Translations under genes and position numbers: made by a program
Notes under the pieces: generated by a model
What the model saw: the letters and a program-made list of their open reading frames with translations, nothing else
What the model was told of the DNA's origin: nothing
Databases searched by the model: none
Source of the DNA: the human T2T-CHM13v2.0 reference genome, Homo sapiens
DNA length: 64,000 nucleotides
Assembly: GCF_009914755.1 (NCBI RefSeq)
Contig: NC_060926.1
Strand: one strand, 5' to 3'
Part shown: piece after piece, positions 52,131-64,000 of the stretch
Position numbering within the stretch: the first letter of the stretch is position 1
Layout of the letters: the number at the start of each line of letters is the position of its first letter

Positions 52131-53674
52131 AGAAGCAGATGCATAGGCATGAGCAGACATGGACCGGGACATGCTGCCACCCTAGAGATGTTGCATCTGA
52201 AGGGTAAACAGTTCTGTGTGTTGCATAACCACACAACTAGTCAGCATTCTCATATCTCACTGAGATGGAAGCTCAGGCCTCCCGACTCTGAATTCCATTC
52301 TCAGTCTTAAAACTGCTGCGCAGGGTTCTGGGGCTTGGGTAGGATCCTCTCATCCTCCCTGCCCTCCTGTTTCCACTCCCTCTCAATCCTCATTTCCCAG
52401 GATTCAACACCCTCCCTCTGGCTCCCCTGTTCCTCCTGCCACCTGTCCCTCCTCCTTACTCACTCTCCTCTTCCCCCTCCTTTTTCTTCCTTCCTACCCA
52501 TTTTTCTCTCTCCTATCTCCCTTTCTTGCAATGCTTTTTTTTTAATTATGGAAGGTGACCTCATCAGTATATTTGCATTCTCTTCAACAAGCAAGGACAC
52601 CCATGGGTGAGGGACAGTGGGGACCCCCCCACAAGGTGAGCCGCAGGGTCCCTGCATCCGAGTGCATCCCACACCGTCGGTCACGTGGATTTTCCTTTCT
52701 GCATTTGTTACCTTTGCCATGCCTGATGCCGGGGGCCCGTCTGGCTGCACACACGTGTGTGTCTGGCCTCTGGGGTGGCACTGGGAGTCCTGGGAGGAGC
52801 AGGTGTCGTCTGCCCGAGGCCACCGGATCACTTCTCTTCTGTTTTATCTCCACCATCCTCAGATGTTCTAAGAACCTGGGCTCAGAGCCATAGCTTTATT
52901 TTTACAACCAATGCACAGACACTCACATAGTATTTTGGGCCAGAAGTCAGTGTGTGGTTCAGTTCATCTTCCATTTGTGCCGACCCGAATAAGGATGCTC
53001 TGTTTAGACGTTGCCCTGAGGAATAGAATCCTGCATTTGTGTGGAAGGTGAATGTGCCACCCAACGCAGAACTGAGCCGGGATTCCAGGGCGGAGCCTTC
53101 CTCCCACTCCGTCATCGCGGCCTTGCACGCGATCTGCTCCGGTGCACTGTGCTTCTGATACTGGTGACCACCAGATAGATCTTGGGCTGTTTTTCCTGTC
53201 GATGCTATCTCATCCACCAGGCTAAAACATCTACAGGGGGCCAAATGCAGGCCTGGAGCTGAATTTCCAGCTAATTATGGGCTCCTTTCCTTGTGTGGGG
53301 CTTTAGTCTAGAAATGCTGAGTGTGGGGTCGATGGGGATGAGAACAGGGAGGCGCCACCCAGCCCCCAACTCTCCCTGAGTCCCCTCAGAGGAGACCTCA
53401 CCATGCCACTTGCTTGTTTGTCTTTGAAGGAGGCTGGGTGTGGGAGGAGGGCAGGAATCACAGCAGGGACCCTGGCCCTCGGACCCCTTCCCTGTATCTG
53501 TGCCCTCCCATCCCTGCCCCTCTGCTGTGGGGCTCATGGGGGAAGCACATGGGACCACCTGCTGCCCCCAAGATTGTATTTCTTGTTGTCTTGTGGGCAG
53601 AGAAGAGTTCCTTATGTAAAGTCATATGCATAGACCTCAAGGCTGACATTTGGGACAGGGAATGTAGGAAAGCA

Positions 53675-53960
53675 GGTGTGCGAGCTTCCCACGGCAGATG
53701 AAGCAAAGTGCCATGCTTGGGTTGAAACAACAGAATTTAAAAACAAATTGTGTTATAGTTCTTGAGGCCGGAAGTCCCGGATCCAGGGGCTTGCAGAGTG
53801 GGTTCGCTCCAAGGCTCTGAGGCCTGCTGTTGGCTTGTCCACGGGCCTCCTCCTCTGTCTTCCCTCTGTCTGTCTCTGTGTCCAAATTCCCCTTGTCATA
53901 AGGACACCAGTGATCTTGGGTTAGAGCCCACCCTAAATGCCCTCATCTTAACCTAATGAC
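53675..53960 (-). mobile_element. MLT1B/C-like LTR fragment
   Basis: AAACAACAGAATTTA..CTCTGTGTCCAAATTCCCCTTGTCATAAGGACACCAGT..AGAGCCCACCCTAAATG.CCTCATCTTAAC. Confidence 0.8.
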
Positions 53961-55180
53961 AGTCAGTATCTCCATCCTGAGGCAGTGCACACAACCCGGT
54001 CCATGGCTGTGCTTAGCAGTGGGTTGAGAGGATTTTGACACAAGGAGGCCTTTGGGGAGGACACCAGCTGGGCTTCTCAGGTGAGAGCAGGAACAGAGCA
54101 TCCCAAAGGAAAATGTGGGTGTGAGCAGAGCACAGGCCTGCAGCCACGGGGAAAGGCTGCTGGCATCCAGTGAGGGGAGGGACACGGCCGGCCTCCGGAA
54201 GGTGCTTCCGGGCTGGTGTGGAGGAAGACCATGGGCTCCAGCCAGCCTGGACTCAGGGTGGAGAATGGAGGCCCCTGTAGGGCCAGCAGAGGAGTGAGTG
54301 CCCAGGGTCCCCGCAGACACCCTGAGATACACCGCAGGGCATAGTGCTCAGGTGCTCAGCCACCTGCCTACATGGCCGCTGACTCCACTGCTAGAGCCGT
54401 CCCTGCCCCAACGGGCTGCCCTTGGGAGCTGGTGGGCCTGGACTGGGAGCCTCTGGACAGGCCATCTCCCTCACTGTCCCTTTGGGGAAGCCTCCCCTGC
54501 CCCACAGAGATTGCTGGGCTCAAAGCAGGGAGGAACTTCGGCCGGGAGAAGGGCCTTCCAACCCTGAGCTCTGTGAGAGGAAATCTCATCAGCAGCAAAC
54601 CCTCACATGTGACCTGGAAAAAAGGAGGTATCTTTTAATAGACAATGTCTGGATCTTTAGTGAGGGTGATTTAGATATAATATGTCCGTTTACTTTCAAA
54701 AGGGAAAAAGTATGGGTCACTCAGAAATTCCTGCTGTAGCTTAGATCATCGATCAAGTTCACAGCGAGTCCGTAATTTCCAAAATTCAGACAGTTTCATC
54801 TTAGCCAAAACATAGTGTCTGCAGTGTGGGAACGCTGAAGACAGCCGGCCCAACACCCTGCTCAGGGAATCCCAAAGCCTCCCTGCGATCAGGAGAAGGA
54901 AGCCTAGATTTCTAGGTTAGTGCAGCCCACTAGCAAGAGAATAAAGTCTCGGTGTCAAGCTCTCTGGCTGCAAACTGTTCCCCTATGTCTCCGGAGAGTC
55001 CCCAAGGACTCTCAAGGAGGGCTCCTGAGTGTCAACCAGGGCTCTTCCTTCCACGGGCAATGCCCCTTCCTCCTCCTTTCTGTTCGGTGACCCCCACATC
55101 AGCCCAACACCCTCTTCAACCCCATGTCTCAAACCAGAAGTCACAGCTGCATCCTTTATTTAATTTCTTTACTTTTATAG

Positions 55181-55594
<414 letters not shown>

Positions 55595-55900
55595 TTCTTT
55601 TTTTTTTTTTTAAGAGGCTGGGTCTCTCTCTGTCACTCAAGTTGGAGTACAGTGGCATGATCATAGCTCACTGCAGCCTCAATCTCCTGGGCTCAAGTGA
55701 TCCTCCCCGCCTCCTGAGTAGCTGGGACTACAGGCATGCACCACCATGCCTGGCTAATTTTTAAATTTTTTAAACTATTTTTAAGAGATGAGATCTTACT
55801 ATGTTGCCCAGGCTGGTCTCAAACTCCTAGTTTCAAGCGACCCTCCTACCTAAGCTTCCCAGAGTGCCAGGATTACAGGCATAAGCCACTGTGCCTGGCC
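55595..55900 (-). mobile_element. AluJ (Jo-like), head-to-tail with the previous Alu
   Basis: GATCATAGCTCACTGCAGCCTCAATCTCCTGGGCTCAAGTGATCCTCC, a J-type segment. Confidence 0.93.
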
Positions 55901-56840
55901 CATAGTCAGCCTCATCTAACAGGCAGCACACAGCGTACTGCACAGTTGCTTTCTCTTACTCACTGGTCAGTGAACACTTGTGGAATAGAAATGCAACAGA
56001 GCTCAGAGAGGCCCTGAGGAGAGCCTAGGGTCTGAGACTGAGGTCTGTTCTTCCACACATTACTAGCCTCTGGAAGAGGAGCAAAATCTTCACAATTCAG
56101 TTTCTGTGTTTGTGAAACGAAGGGTTCAACTCCATGATCTCTAAAAATATTCTGCCCTACCAATTGTCTGCATATCAGCTATTCAAGTTCGCCTCTGTGT
56201 GAGGTTTTCCTGCTGGAAACCCCACTCTCCCCACGGCTTCTTCTCCAGTCCCAGTCTGCCCAGTGGTCAGTATTCAGTGTTTTCTTCCCAGATACCAGAA
56301 AACCAGGTGACCTCAGCTCCTGTCCTTCCATGTGACGTTCTAATATCGCATTAAGTAGCTACAGAACCAGTGAGGATGAAATTTGTGTTTAGAGTTTTGA
56401 CATCTTTCCGCTCTATTTGCTTAGTTACATATTTACCTACATAATCTCACATCCATAAATGGTTTCAAGTCACAGAACTCTAAGAACTGATTTACTCTTT
56501 TTCACATGTCCCCGTACTAACATATCCCCGTACTAACATCTATCTTTTTCTTTTTTTCATTTTGGCTTAGCAATAATACAATTTGGTTGATTTATATTTG
56601 TTTCAGCAACTGCCCCAGAGAATCTTGTTTGGAATTAAAATAATTTCTGAAGTTCCTTTGGAGAGTTCTGCAAAGCTTTTTCCCTCACTTCTGTGAATAA
56701 TTTCATTTTAAGACATGGACAGCACATTTATCAGTTTTCAGTACACACGAAGCCAAGAATCCTAGTTAATACATTAAATGGCAGTCATCCGTCATGAGCA
56801 GGTGGCAGATAGGAGCCACGAGGCAGAGGAAAGGGAATGA

Positions 56841-56951
56841 AATAACAAGGGCAAATGCAAAATCCCACGTTTACATAAAAAAAGCACAATAACAGAAGGG
56901 CAAATTCAAACTCCCACATTTACATTAAAAAAAAAACCCACAATAACAGAA
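56841..56951. repeat. Two-copy tandem duplication (about 50 bp)
   Basis: AATAACA(G)AAGGGCAAAT.CAAA.TCCCAC.TTTACAT..A(n) twice. Confidence 0.8.
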
Positions 56952-57216
56952 TGAGGAAAATTGGTTAAATTGTTTTTTCACTGAAAGGTATTTGTCGGAT
57001 TTATTTTTTTCCATGTGATTGGGATTAATAGGAATAAACAATGCTGTGGCTTGAAAAGGATCAGAGAGCTCACCCCATCTTAGCCCATAACAGCAGAAAA
57101 TAAGAGAGAAGAGTCCACAAGGCAGTGATAGTGAGCATTGGTCAGTGGAACTTTTGGCAAAACAATTAAAGAGAGGAATGGGTGAAAACACTGCATAAAG
57201 CACTTCACAAAGCACA

Positions 57217-57292
57217 AGGCATCAGGCACCAGGCATCAGGCCTCAGGCACCAGGCACCAGGCATCAGGCATCAGGCATTAGGCATCAGGCAC
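57217..57292. repeat. Heptamer repeat (AGGCAYC)n
   Basis: About 10 copies. Confidence 0.9.
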
Positions 57293-59079
57293 TCATTACA
57301 GGAATAACGTGAAGTTTTAACATTTCTGCATTTCACGTTCCTGTGTGATGAGGCCTCTGTCTGGGCTGCAAGGCACCTTGAGAGGTGCTGCCTCTGGCTG
57401 AGCTGGGAAGAGAGGGGTGTGGGCAGGTAAGCGTAGAGTCCAGATTGGAGCACACTAATCTTTGGGACAGCCAAGGGCTGGGGTCAGGCAGGAGGCCTGG
57501 GGCTCAGAAGAGAAATGTAAGCACCAGGTGTGAACCTGACCTTGCAGGGAATCCATGGCAGGTGACGCCTGGGGGATGGAAGATGTCATGAGAAGCCTGG
57601 GAAGGAAAGGGGCTGGACTCTCTGGGTTTCTCCTGTTTGGGGCTGGGTAGAAATCTTCCATCTGGGGAGGAACACCGGGGGTGCTCAGAAGCCAGGAGGA
57701 CAACCTGCTGTTCTCTCGGAAATCAGGGAAAATGTGTTTCAAAAAGGACAGCCAGGCCAAAGGTATTGGATGGCCTTGGGAAGAGACAGATGAATCCGAG
57801 AGCACCTGCTGGGGTTGGTGTCCTGGGATCCGGTTTAGTGTGAAAAGGACAGAAGGGCAGTTTTGGTGAAGTGGGGGCTGGACTGCAGCCTGGAGTTCGG
57901 GAGCATGAACAGGACTGAGGACGCCCCGCTCTTCCTCTAAGGGTGTGGCATCTCCCAGGACATCAGGACTCGGACAAGGGGCTCTCTTCCTTCAGCCAAA
58001 GCTGCAGTTATTCATTCTCAGGCTCCTCCCCAAATCTCTTGTCACTGAACCTGGCCTATGTCTGGAATATTTAGGTTAGCTTTCACAGCCTCTACCCAGA
58101 ACATCCCAGCCTCCCAATGCCTCTGCATGCAGGTCACCTCTAATCAATTTAATGAAAACAATAACACATTTTCCCAAGCTCTCCATCCCTTCCTGGCATC
58201 ATTTTATGAAGTGATCAATTGCTGCAGATACCTCCTCACTGCTACTCAGAAGACCTTATTTCTACCACCTTCTCTGCAGTGGTATCTGTCTAGTCCCCGT
58301 CTCAGTAGCACAGCAGGACAGAAAAGAATGCCAAAAATATCCAGCATAAGTCAATGCCAAGCTACAAGGTCAGTCTAAAAAAAGAGCATCTAGACGCATT
58401 ATCCTGAGAGTGCCCGGGTACAGGGCCGCAGAACTGGGAAGGAGAGTCACGACAGCCTCACAGGAGCATGGTCGTGTTGCAGAGACAACGTCAAAAGGAG
58501 GGACCTCAGAAGGCGGGCCGGAGAGGGGCGGGTCTGATCAAGGTCGGTTCTGAGGGCTGGTGTGTCTGAGAGCCCCGCACTTGGACCTAGGGCTGCACTG
58601 CTCAGATCCTACTTAGTTTGGAGATTAATTATTGTTCAGCCTACCTAATCTCACATAGGTTGTTGACCTATAAAAGTTTTACATCCACATTCAAAGCCAA
58701 TTTTGCTAATAATTTAGATTTCAGAACGTAAGGGCAAGAAAGATTTAGATGACTTATAAAGTCAAGTTTTCTGAAAGTACAAATTGCAAAAGTCTGGAAA
58801 TGTTCATTGTAAGAACTTCTTTGAAGTAAATTACTTATCTTAGTGTAAGGTTGAGCAGTAAGACATGTAGAGGAGCCCGTGAGAAATTCTATGGCGCTGT
58901 GAACGTATTCCCCACACCCTCACAAGGATGGGCTGTCTCCCATGGGGGCCCCTGGTTGTTTCCTTCTGAAGCAGAGCTTTGTAAAGTGAAGTCGCTGGAG
59001 GAGCAGCAGCAGTAGAGGCAGCCGAGGCCTTGAGGCCTTCTTTGAAAATCCCACCCTGACCCACGGGATCCAAAACTCT

Positions 59080-59648
59080 GCAGACAGGACCCCGCGATCT
59101 GTGAGCAACAAGCACCCCTGTGATTCCAATGCAGGCAGGACCCCGGGATCTGTAGGCAACAAGCACCCCCATGATTCCAATCTGCAGGCAGGACCCCAGG
59201 ATCTGTAGGCAACAAGCACCCCCGTGATTCCAATCTGCAGGCAGGACCCCAGGATCTGTGGGCAACAAGCACCCCCGTGATTCCAATCTGCAGGCAGGAC
59301 CCTGGGATCTGTGGGCAACAAGCACCCCCGTGATTCCAATGCAGGCAGGACCCCGAGCTCTGCGGGCAACAAGCACCCCCGTGATTCCAATGCAGGCAGG
59401 ACCCCAAGATCTGCGGGCAACAAGCACCCCCGTGATTCCAATCTGCAGGCAGGATCCTGGCATCTGTAGGCAACAAGCACCCCCATGATTCCAATGCAGG
59501 CAGGACCCTGGGATCCGCGGGCAACAAGCACGCTCATGATTCCAATGCAGGCAGGACCCCGGGATCCACGGGCAACAAGCACCCCCGTGATTCCAATGAA
59601 GGCAGGACCCCGGGGTCTGTGGGCAACAAGCACCCCCATGATTCCAAT
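59080..59648. repeat. VNTR, 51/53-bp unit, about 11 copies
   Basis: Unit GCAGGCAGGACCCCGGGATCTGTGGGCAACAAGCACCCCCGTGATTCCAAT(CT). Confidence 0.96.
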
Positions 59649-59900
59649 GTGTGGTAAGGTTTGAAATGCAGTGTTCTAGAGAAACCTATCTATGAAAATA
59701 CATGAGGAAAACAGATCCACAGGCCTGAACATAACAAGAAACAAAATGGAAGCAGTTAGGCTGATAGAGCAAATATCAGTATCTATGAGAGCAGGAAAAC
59801 AGGATAATTCTAAAAATAAGGAAAAGATGACGCAGGGGAAGCCCATGTCATCACAACAAGTGGTGACCTTGGTGCAGGATTTCCCCCTGTTGATGTCAAG

Positions 59901-60568
59901 TGGGTCAGGTCTCGGGATCCACAAGTGAAGGAGGAGGCCTGGGGTCTACAGTCCACAGCAGACTTCCTGGGTCAGCTCTCGGGATCCACAGATGAAGGAG
60001 GAGGCCTGTGGTCTACAGTCCACAGCAGACTTCCTGGGTCAGGTCTCGGGATCCACAAGTGAAGGAGGAGGCCCGGGGTCTGCAGTCCACAGCAGACTTC
60101 CTGGGTCAGGTCTCGGGATCCACAAGTGAAGGAGGAGGCCTGGGGTCTACAGTCCACAGCAGACTTCCTGGGTCAGCTCTCGGGATCCACAGATGAAGGA
60201 GGAGGCCTGTGGTCTACAGTCCACAGCAGACTTCCTGGGTCAGGTCTCAGGATCCACAAGTGAAGGAGGAGGCCTGGGGTCTGCAGTCCACAGCAGACTT
60301 CCTGGGTCAGCTCTCGGGATCCACAGATGAAGGAGGAGGCCTGTGGTCTGCAGTCCACAGCAGACTTCCTGGGTCAGGTCTCAGGATCCACAGATGAAGG
60401 AGGAGGCCTGTGGTCTACAGTCCACAGCAGACTTCCTGGGTCAGGTCTCAGGATCCACAAGTGAAGGAGGAGGCCTGGGGTCTACAGTCCACAGCAGACT
60501 TCCTGGGTCAGGTCTCGGGATCCACAAGTGAAGGAGGAGGCCCAGGGTCTGCAGTCCACAGCAGACTT
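59901..60568. repeat. VNTR, 67-bp unit, 10 copies
   Basis: Unit TGGGTCAGGTCTCGGGATCCACAAGTGAAGGAGGAGGCCTGGGGTCTACAGTCCACAGCAGACTTCC. Confidence 0.97.
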
Positions 60569-60810
60569 TCTCTTTCCACCTTCTCATAGAACAGAAGCAA
60601 GAGAGCACAGCTGCAGGAAAATAAAGGTTCTATGGGTTTCTTGCTGAGAACTTGCCACATGGCTCTCTCTCCACAGAAGGTAGTAAAGTCTCTGCCTCCA
60701 GAGCAGCCGGCTGCCCAGAGACGATGGTGGCAGCGTTCAGGGACAGGATGAGCACATTCTCTCTGTCCTGGGAAAAGCAAGCCCCAGCAAAGAGATGGAA
60801 GCCCCACCAC

Positions 60811-61210
60811 GGATATGCCTGATGAGCTCTGGGAAGCCGGCTGCCTGCTCCCTGGCTCTATGATATGCCCGATGGGCACCAGGAAGCTGGCTGCCTGCTC
60901 CCTGGCTCTGGGATATGCCTGAAGGGCACCAGGAAGCCAGCTGCCTGCTCCCTGGCTCTACGATATGCCCGATGGGCACCAGGAAGCTGGCTGCCTGCTC
61001 CCCGGCTCTAGGATATGCCTGAAGGGCACCAGGAAGCCGGCTGCCTGCTCCCCGACTCTGGGATATGCCTGAAGGGCACCAGGAAGTCGGCTGCCTGCTC
61101 CCCGGCTCTATGATATGCCCAATGGGCACCAGGAAGCCGGCTGCCTGCTCCCCGGCTCTGGGATATGCCTGATGGGCTTGGCAAGCCAGCTGCCTGTTCC
61201 CCAGCTCTGG
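60811..61210. repeat. VNTR, 50-bp unit, 8 copies
   Basis: Unit GATATGCCYGAWGGGCACCAGGAAGCCGGCTGCCTGCTCCCYGGCTCTRK. Confidence 0.96.
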
Positions 61211-63019
61211 CAAGGGCCTGCTGAGAACCATCTAGGCTGAGGCTATGATGTTATCTGCTCTCTCCTATTATTTTCTACCTGATTTGCCCAAATTTTACAC
61301 AAATTATTGACAAAAACAAGGTGGTTTTCAGTTGAAACAGCTGCACTCACATGAAAGCACCGTGCTTGAACCGTGTGCTGGGGTAAGTAGAAGAGTCTCC
61401 TTGTTTCTCAGTCCTGCCATATAAGCCTAGAGCTATGATGTTCTTTCCTGTCCTCACCTGGCTTACAAATCAGTCCTGAAAAATCATGTGGAATTCTTTG
61501 GAAGTCATCATTTTATTTCCATTCAAGACAGGAGGTGAATTCTCCAGGATCCTGAGATTCCTTTTGTAAAAATGTTCCTTTTCAGATGATGAAACAGCTG
61601 GTGCTGTGGAGTTTGCTCTTTGACCTGAGCATGAGAACAATTTGAAGTCTGTGGCTGATTGACATTTATGTCTTCTTAGTGAAAAGGCAAAGGTAGACGC
61701 CCACACAGACAAGAAACGAGGAACTTCGGCCTCATCGAAGCCGAGCGTCTGGACGCCGAAGCCTTGAGTTCCAGAGTGTTGGTCTGTCCTGAGTCCCAAG
61801 CTGGTGGCAGACGGCCCACATGGCCTGGCCGTGCACCGTGGCTGCCCCACGCACACCCTGATGAGCTCGCTGTGTGTCCCGCTGCCTGTGCAATCCTACA
61901 CCACCCCCACCTCTGAGCGTCGGGAAGTGCACACGGCTGAACGACAATTCCCCTGTAAGACTTATCCCCACGCAGGACCCCGAGAGTGAACGGGAGAATG
62001 GTGCATCCATCCTTCTCCTTGGAGAGAGCACTAAACAGGGTGCCACCTTAGCCTGGCGGGCGGGAGCCAGATAGGAACCAGACACCACCCGAGGTCAGCA
62101 TCCTCCAGCCCAGCAGTGTGAGAGAAGTAAGGACGAAAGATGTGGGCACTGAATATTTAGGACCCTAATTTATCTAAGGAGAATACTTTATTCTAGATCT
62201 TCATGCCTGCATTGGAATTTGAAAACAGGGTAAAGTTCATGTAAGTTGAATTTCAGGCATGTGCAGCCACTGACTTGCAGCTATCCATGGAGGGCCACAG
62301 GCAGGCCAGGACCACAAGCCACAGGCCCTGCACCACCTCAGCTCCAGCCACATCGGGCCCTGTGCATGGATTCAGCTGTCCCAAGAGGAACTCTGGTTTC
62401 TCCTCCGTCGTGCATTATCTATTCATTTCGCTTAGAAAAGAGGCAGCATTTTCATGGGGTGGGGACAGGCCATCCCAGGTTCTTTGGTCAAATGCCATTT
62501 TATATCATGACAATAAAAGTCTCCACCTTTGAGACATCAACTAAACACTGCTATTTCTGAGAATCAAGCAAGCAATTCCTTCCTCTACCATACGCCGTAT
62601 CAAACTGATAAAAAAATTCATAGCTGCGGACTGAATATTCATTTTATGATTTCTTCGTCCTCATTAAAGCCAGACAGGCACACAAAGAAGTGAAAACAAG
62701 GATCATTTATTTCCTTCATCCACCCATCCACAGAGCAATAAGCATTTTAATCTGATCCTGTGCCAAGAATTGTACAGTCCAAAGTTCAATGGACTCAACT
62801 CATGTATCATCTTGACTAAGAGAGGTTGAGAAAAGTTAAATACAAAAATGGAAATTCAAAAGCATCAAATATAGACTGTTCAGCTTTCTTTCTTCAAGTT
62901 GGAAATTATCCTTGAAAGCTCACCAGGAGAAAAGTCAAGCATTTGGAAGTGGACTGCTATCTCTACTCTCAAACAATGTGCCAGACCTGTTTGGGTTTAG
63001 GAGAAAGACCACCGTATAC

Positions 63020-63135
63020 TAACAGGGACATAGGTTTTTGTCTCAGTCCAATCATTAAGAAGTTGAGTCAATTGGGGCAAATTACCTAGGATGTCTGAAT
63101 CTCAGCTTTCCTATCTTTTTAAAAGTGATAATTTT
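63020..63135 (+). mobile_element. MIR fragment
   Basis: TTGGGGCAAATTACCT..TCTGAATCTCAGCTTTCCTATCT..AAAAGTGATAAT. Confidence 0.55.
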
Positions 63136-63296
63136 TCCTTTCTGCTTTGTAGAGTCACAAAGATCAAGCAAAGTGAAGCTTAAAGCTGGATAACCTATAA
63201 TAGTTTTGGAATTCTCAAGTCCTATGCGAGTTTAAGTATCAGTTAGGATGATATTTGGAGTCAGGGGATGGTTCTGAGCACTCTACTAAGAAGCGT

Positions 63297-64000
63297 CTGA
63301 AGGCCGCCCCTGGGGGCCATTGCGGAGGGAGAGGCCTGGGCACGGATGCTGAAGGCCGCCCTGGGGGGCATTGTGGAGGCAGAGGCCTGGGCACGGATGC
63401 TGAAGGCCGCCCTGGGGGGCATTGTGGAGGCAGAGGCCTGGGCACGGATGCTGAAGGCCGCCCCGGGGGGCATTGCGGAGGCAGAGGCCTGGGCACGGAT
63501 GCTGAAGGCCGCCCCGGGGGGCATTGCGGAGGCAGAGGCCTGGGCACGGATGCTGAAGGCCGCCCCGGGGGGCATTGTGGAGGCAGAGGCCTGGGCACGG
63601 ATGCTGAAGGCCGCCCCGGGGGGCATTGCGGAGGCAGAGGCCTGGGCACGGATGCTGAAGGCCGCCCCGGGGGGCATTGCGGAGGCAGAGGCCTGGGCAC
63701 GGATGCTGAAGGCCGCCCCGGGGGGCATTGCGGAGGCAGAGGCCTGGGCACGGATGCTGAAGGCCGCCCCGGGGGGCATTGCGGAGGCAGAGGCCTGGGC
63801 ACGGATGCTGAAGGCCGCCCCGGGGGGCATTGCGGAGGCAGAGGCCTGGGCACGGATGCTGAAGGCCGCCCCGGGGGGCATTGCGGAGGCAGAGGCCTGG
63901 GCACGGATGCTGAAGGCCGCCCCGGGGGGCATTGCGGAGGCAGAGGCCTGGGCACGGATGCTGAAGGCCGCCCCGGGGGGCATTGCGGAGGCAGAGGCCT
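63297..64000. repeat. GC/CpG-rich VNTR, 51-bp unit, at least 13 copies (cut by window end)
   Basis: Unit GCTGAAGGCCGCCCCGGGGGGCATTGCGGAGGCAGAGGCCTGGGCACGGAT. Confidence 0.98.

Noticed and set aside
51483-52234. Hydrophobic I/Y/L/S-rich ORFs
   Set aside because: They are translations of the (TATC)n strand.
58505-58535. GC-box pair as a promoter
   Set aside because: There is no CpG island or other promoter context.

Overview
This is primate (human-like) non-coding DNA. It contains Alu, L1, L2, MIR, MaLR/ERV LTR and Tigger relics and about 19 minisatellite-type arrays (about 10 kb, about 16% of the window), a pattern typical of a distal or subtelomeric band. I cannot name the locus. I found no convincing protein-coding exon, RNA gene or CRISPR array; the long ORFs come from tandem repeats or low-complexity DNA. 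Points of interest: (1) three minisatellites appear to have grown out of short segments of old retroelements (MER21 LTR, L2, MIR); (2) arrays range from two-copy duplications to 37-copy arrays; (3) a 92-bp segment is copied 2.8 kb away with junction microhomology; (4) a full-length MSTA element with both LTRs and a target-site duplication (TSD) is nested in an old L1; (5) a 28-bp quasi-palindrome abuts a triplication. I see no evidence for a new gene system. Repeat family calls come from remembered consensus sequences and need a RepeatMasker/Dfam check.
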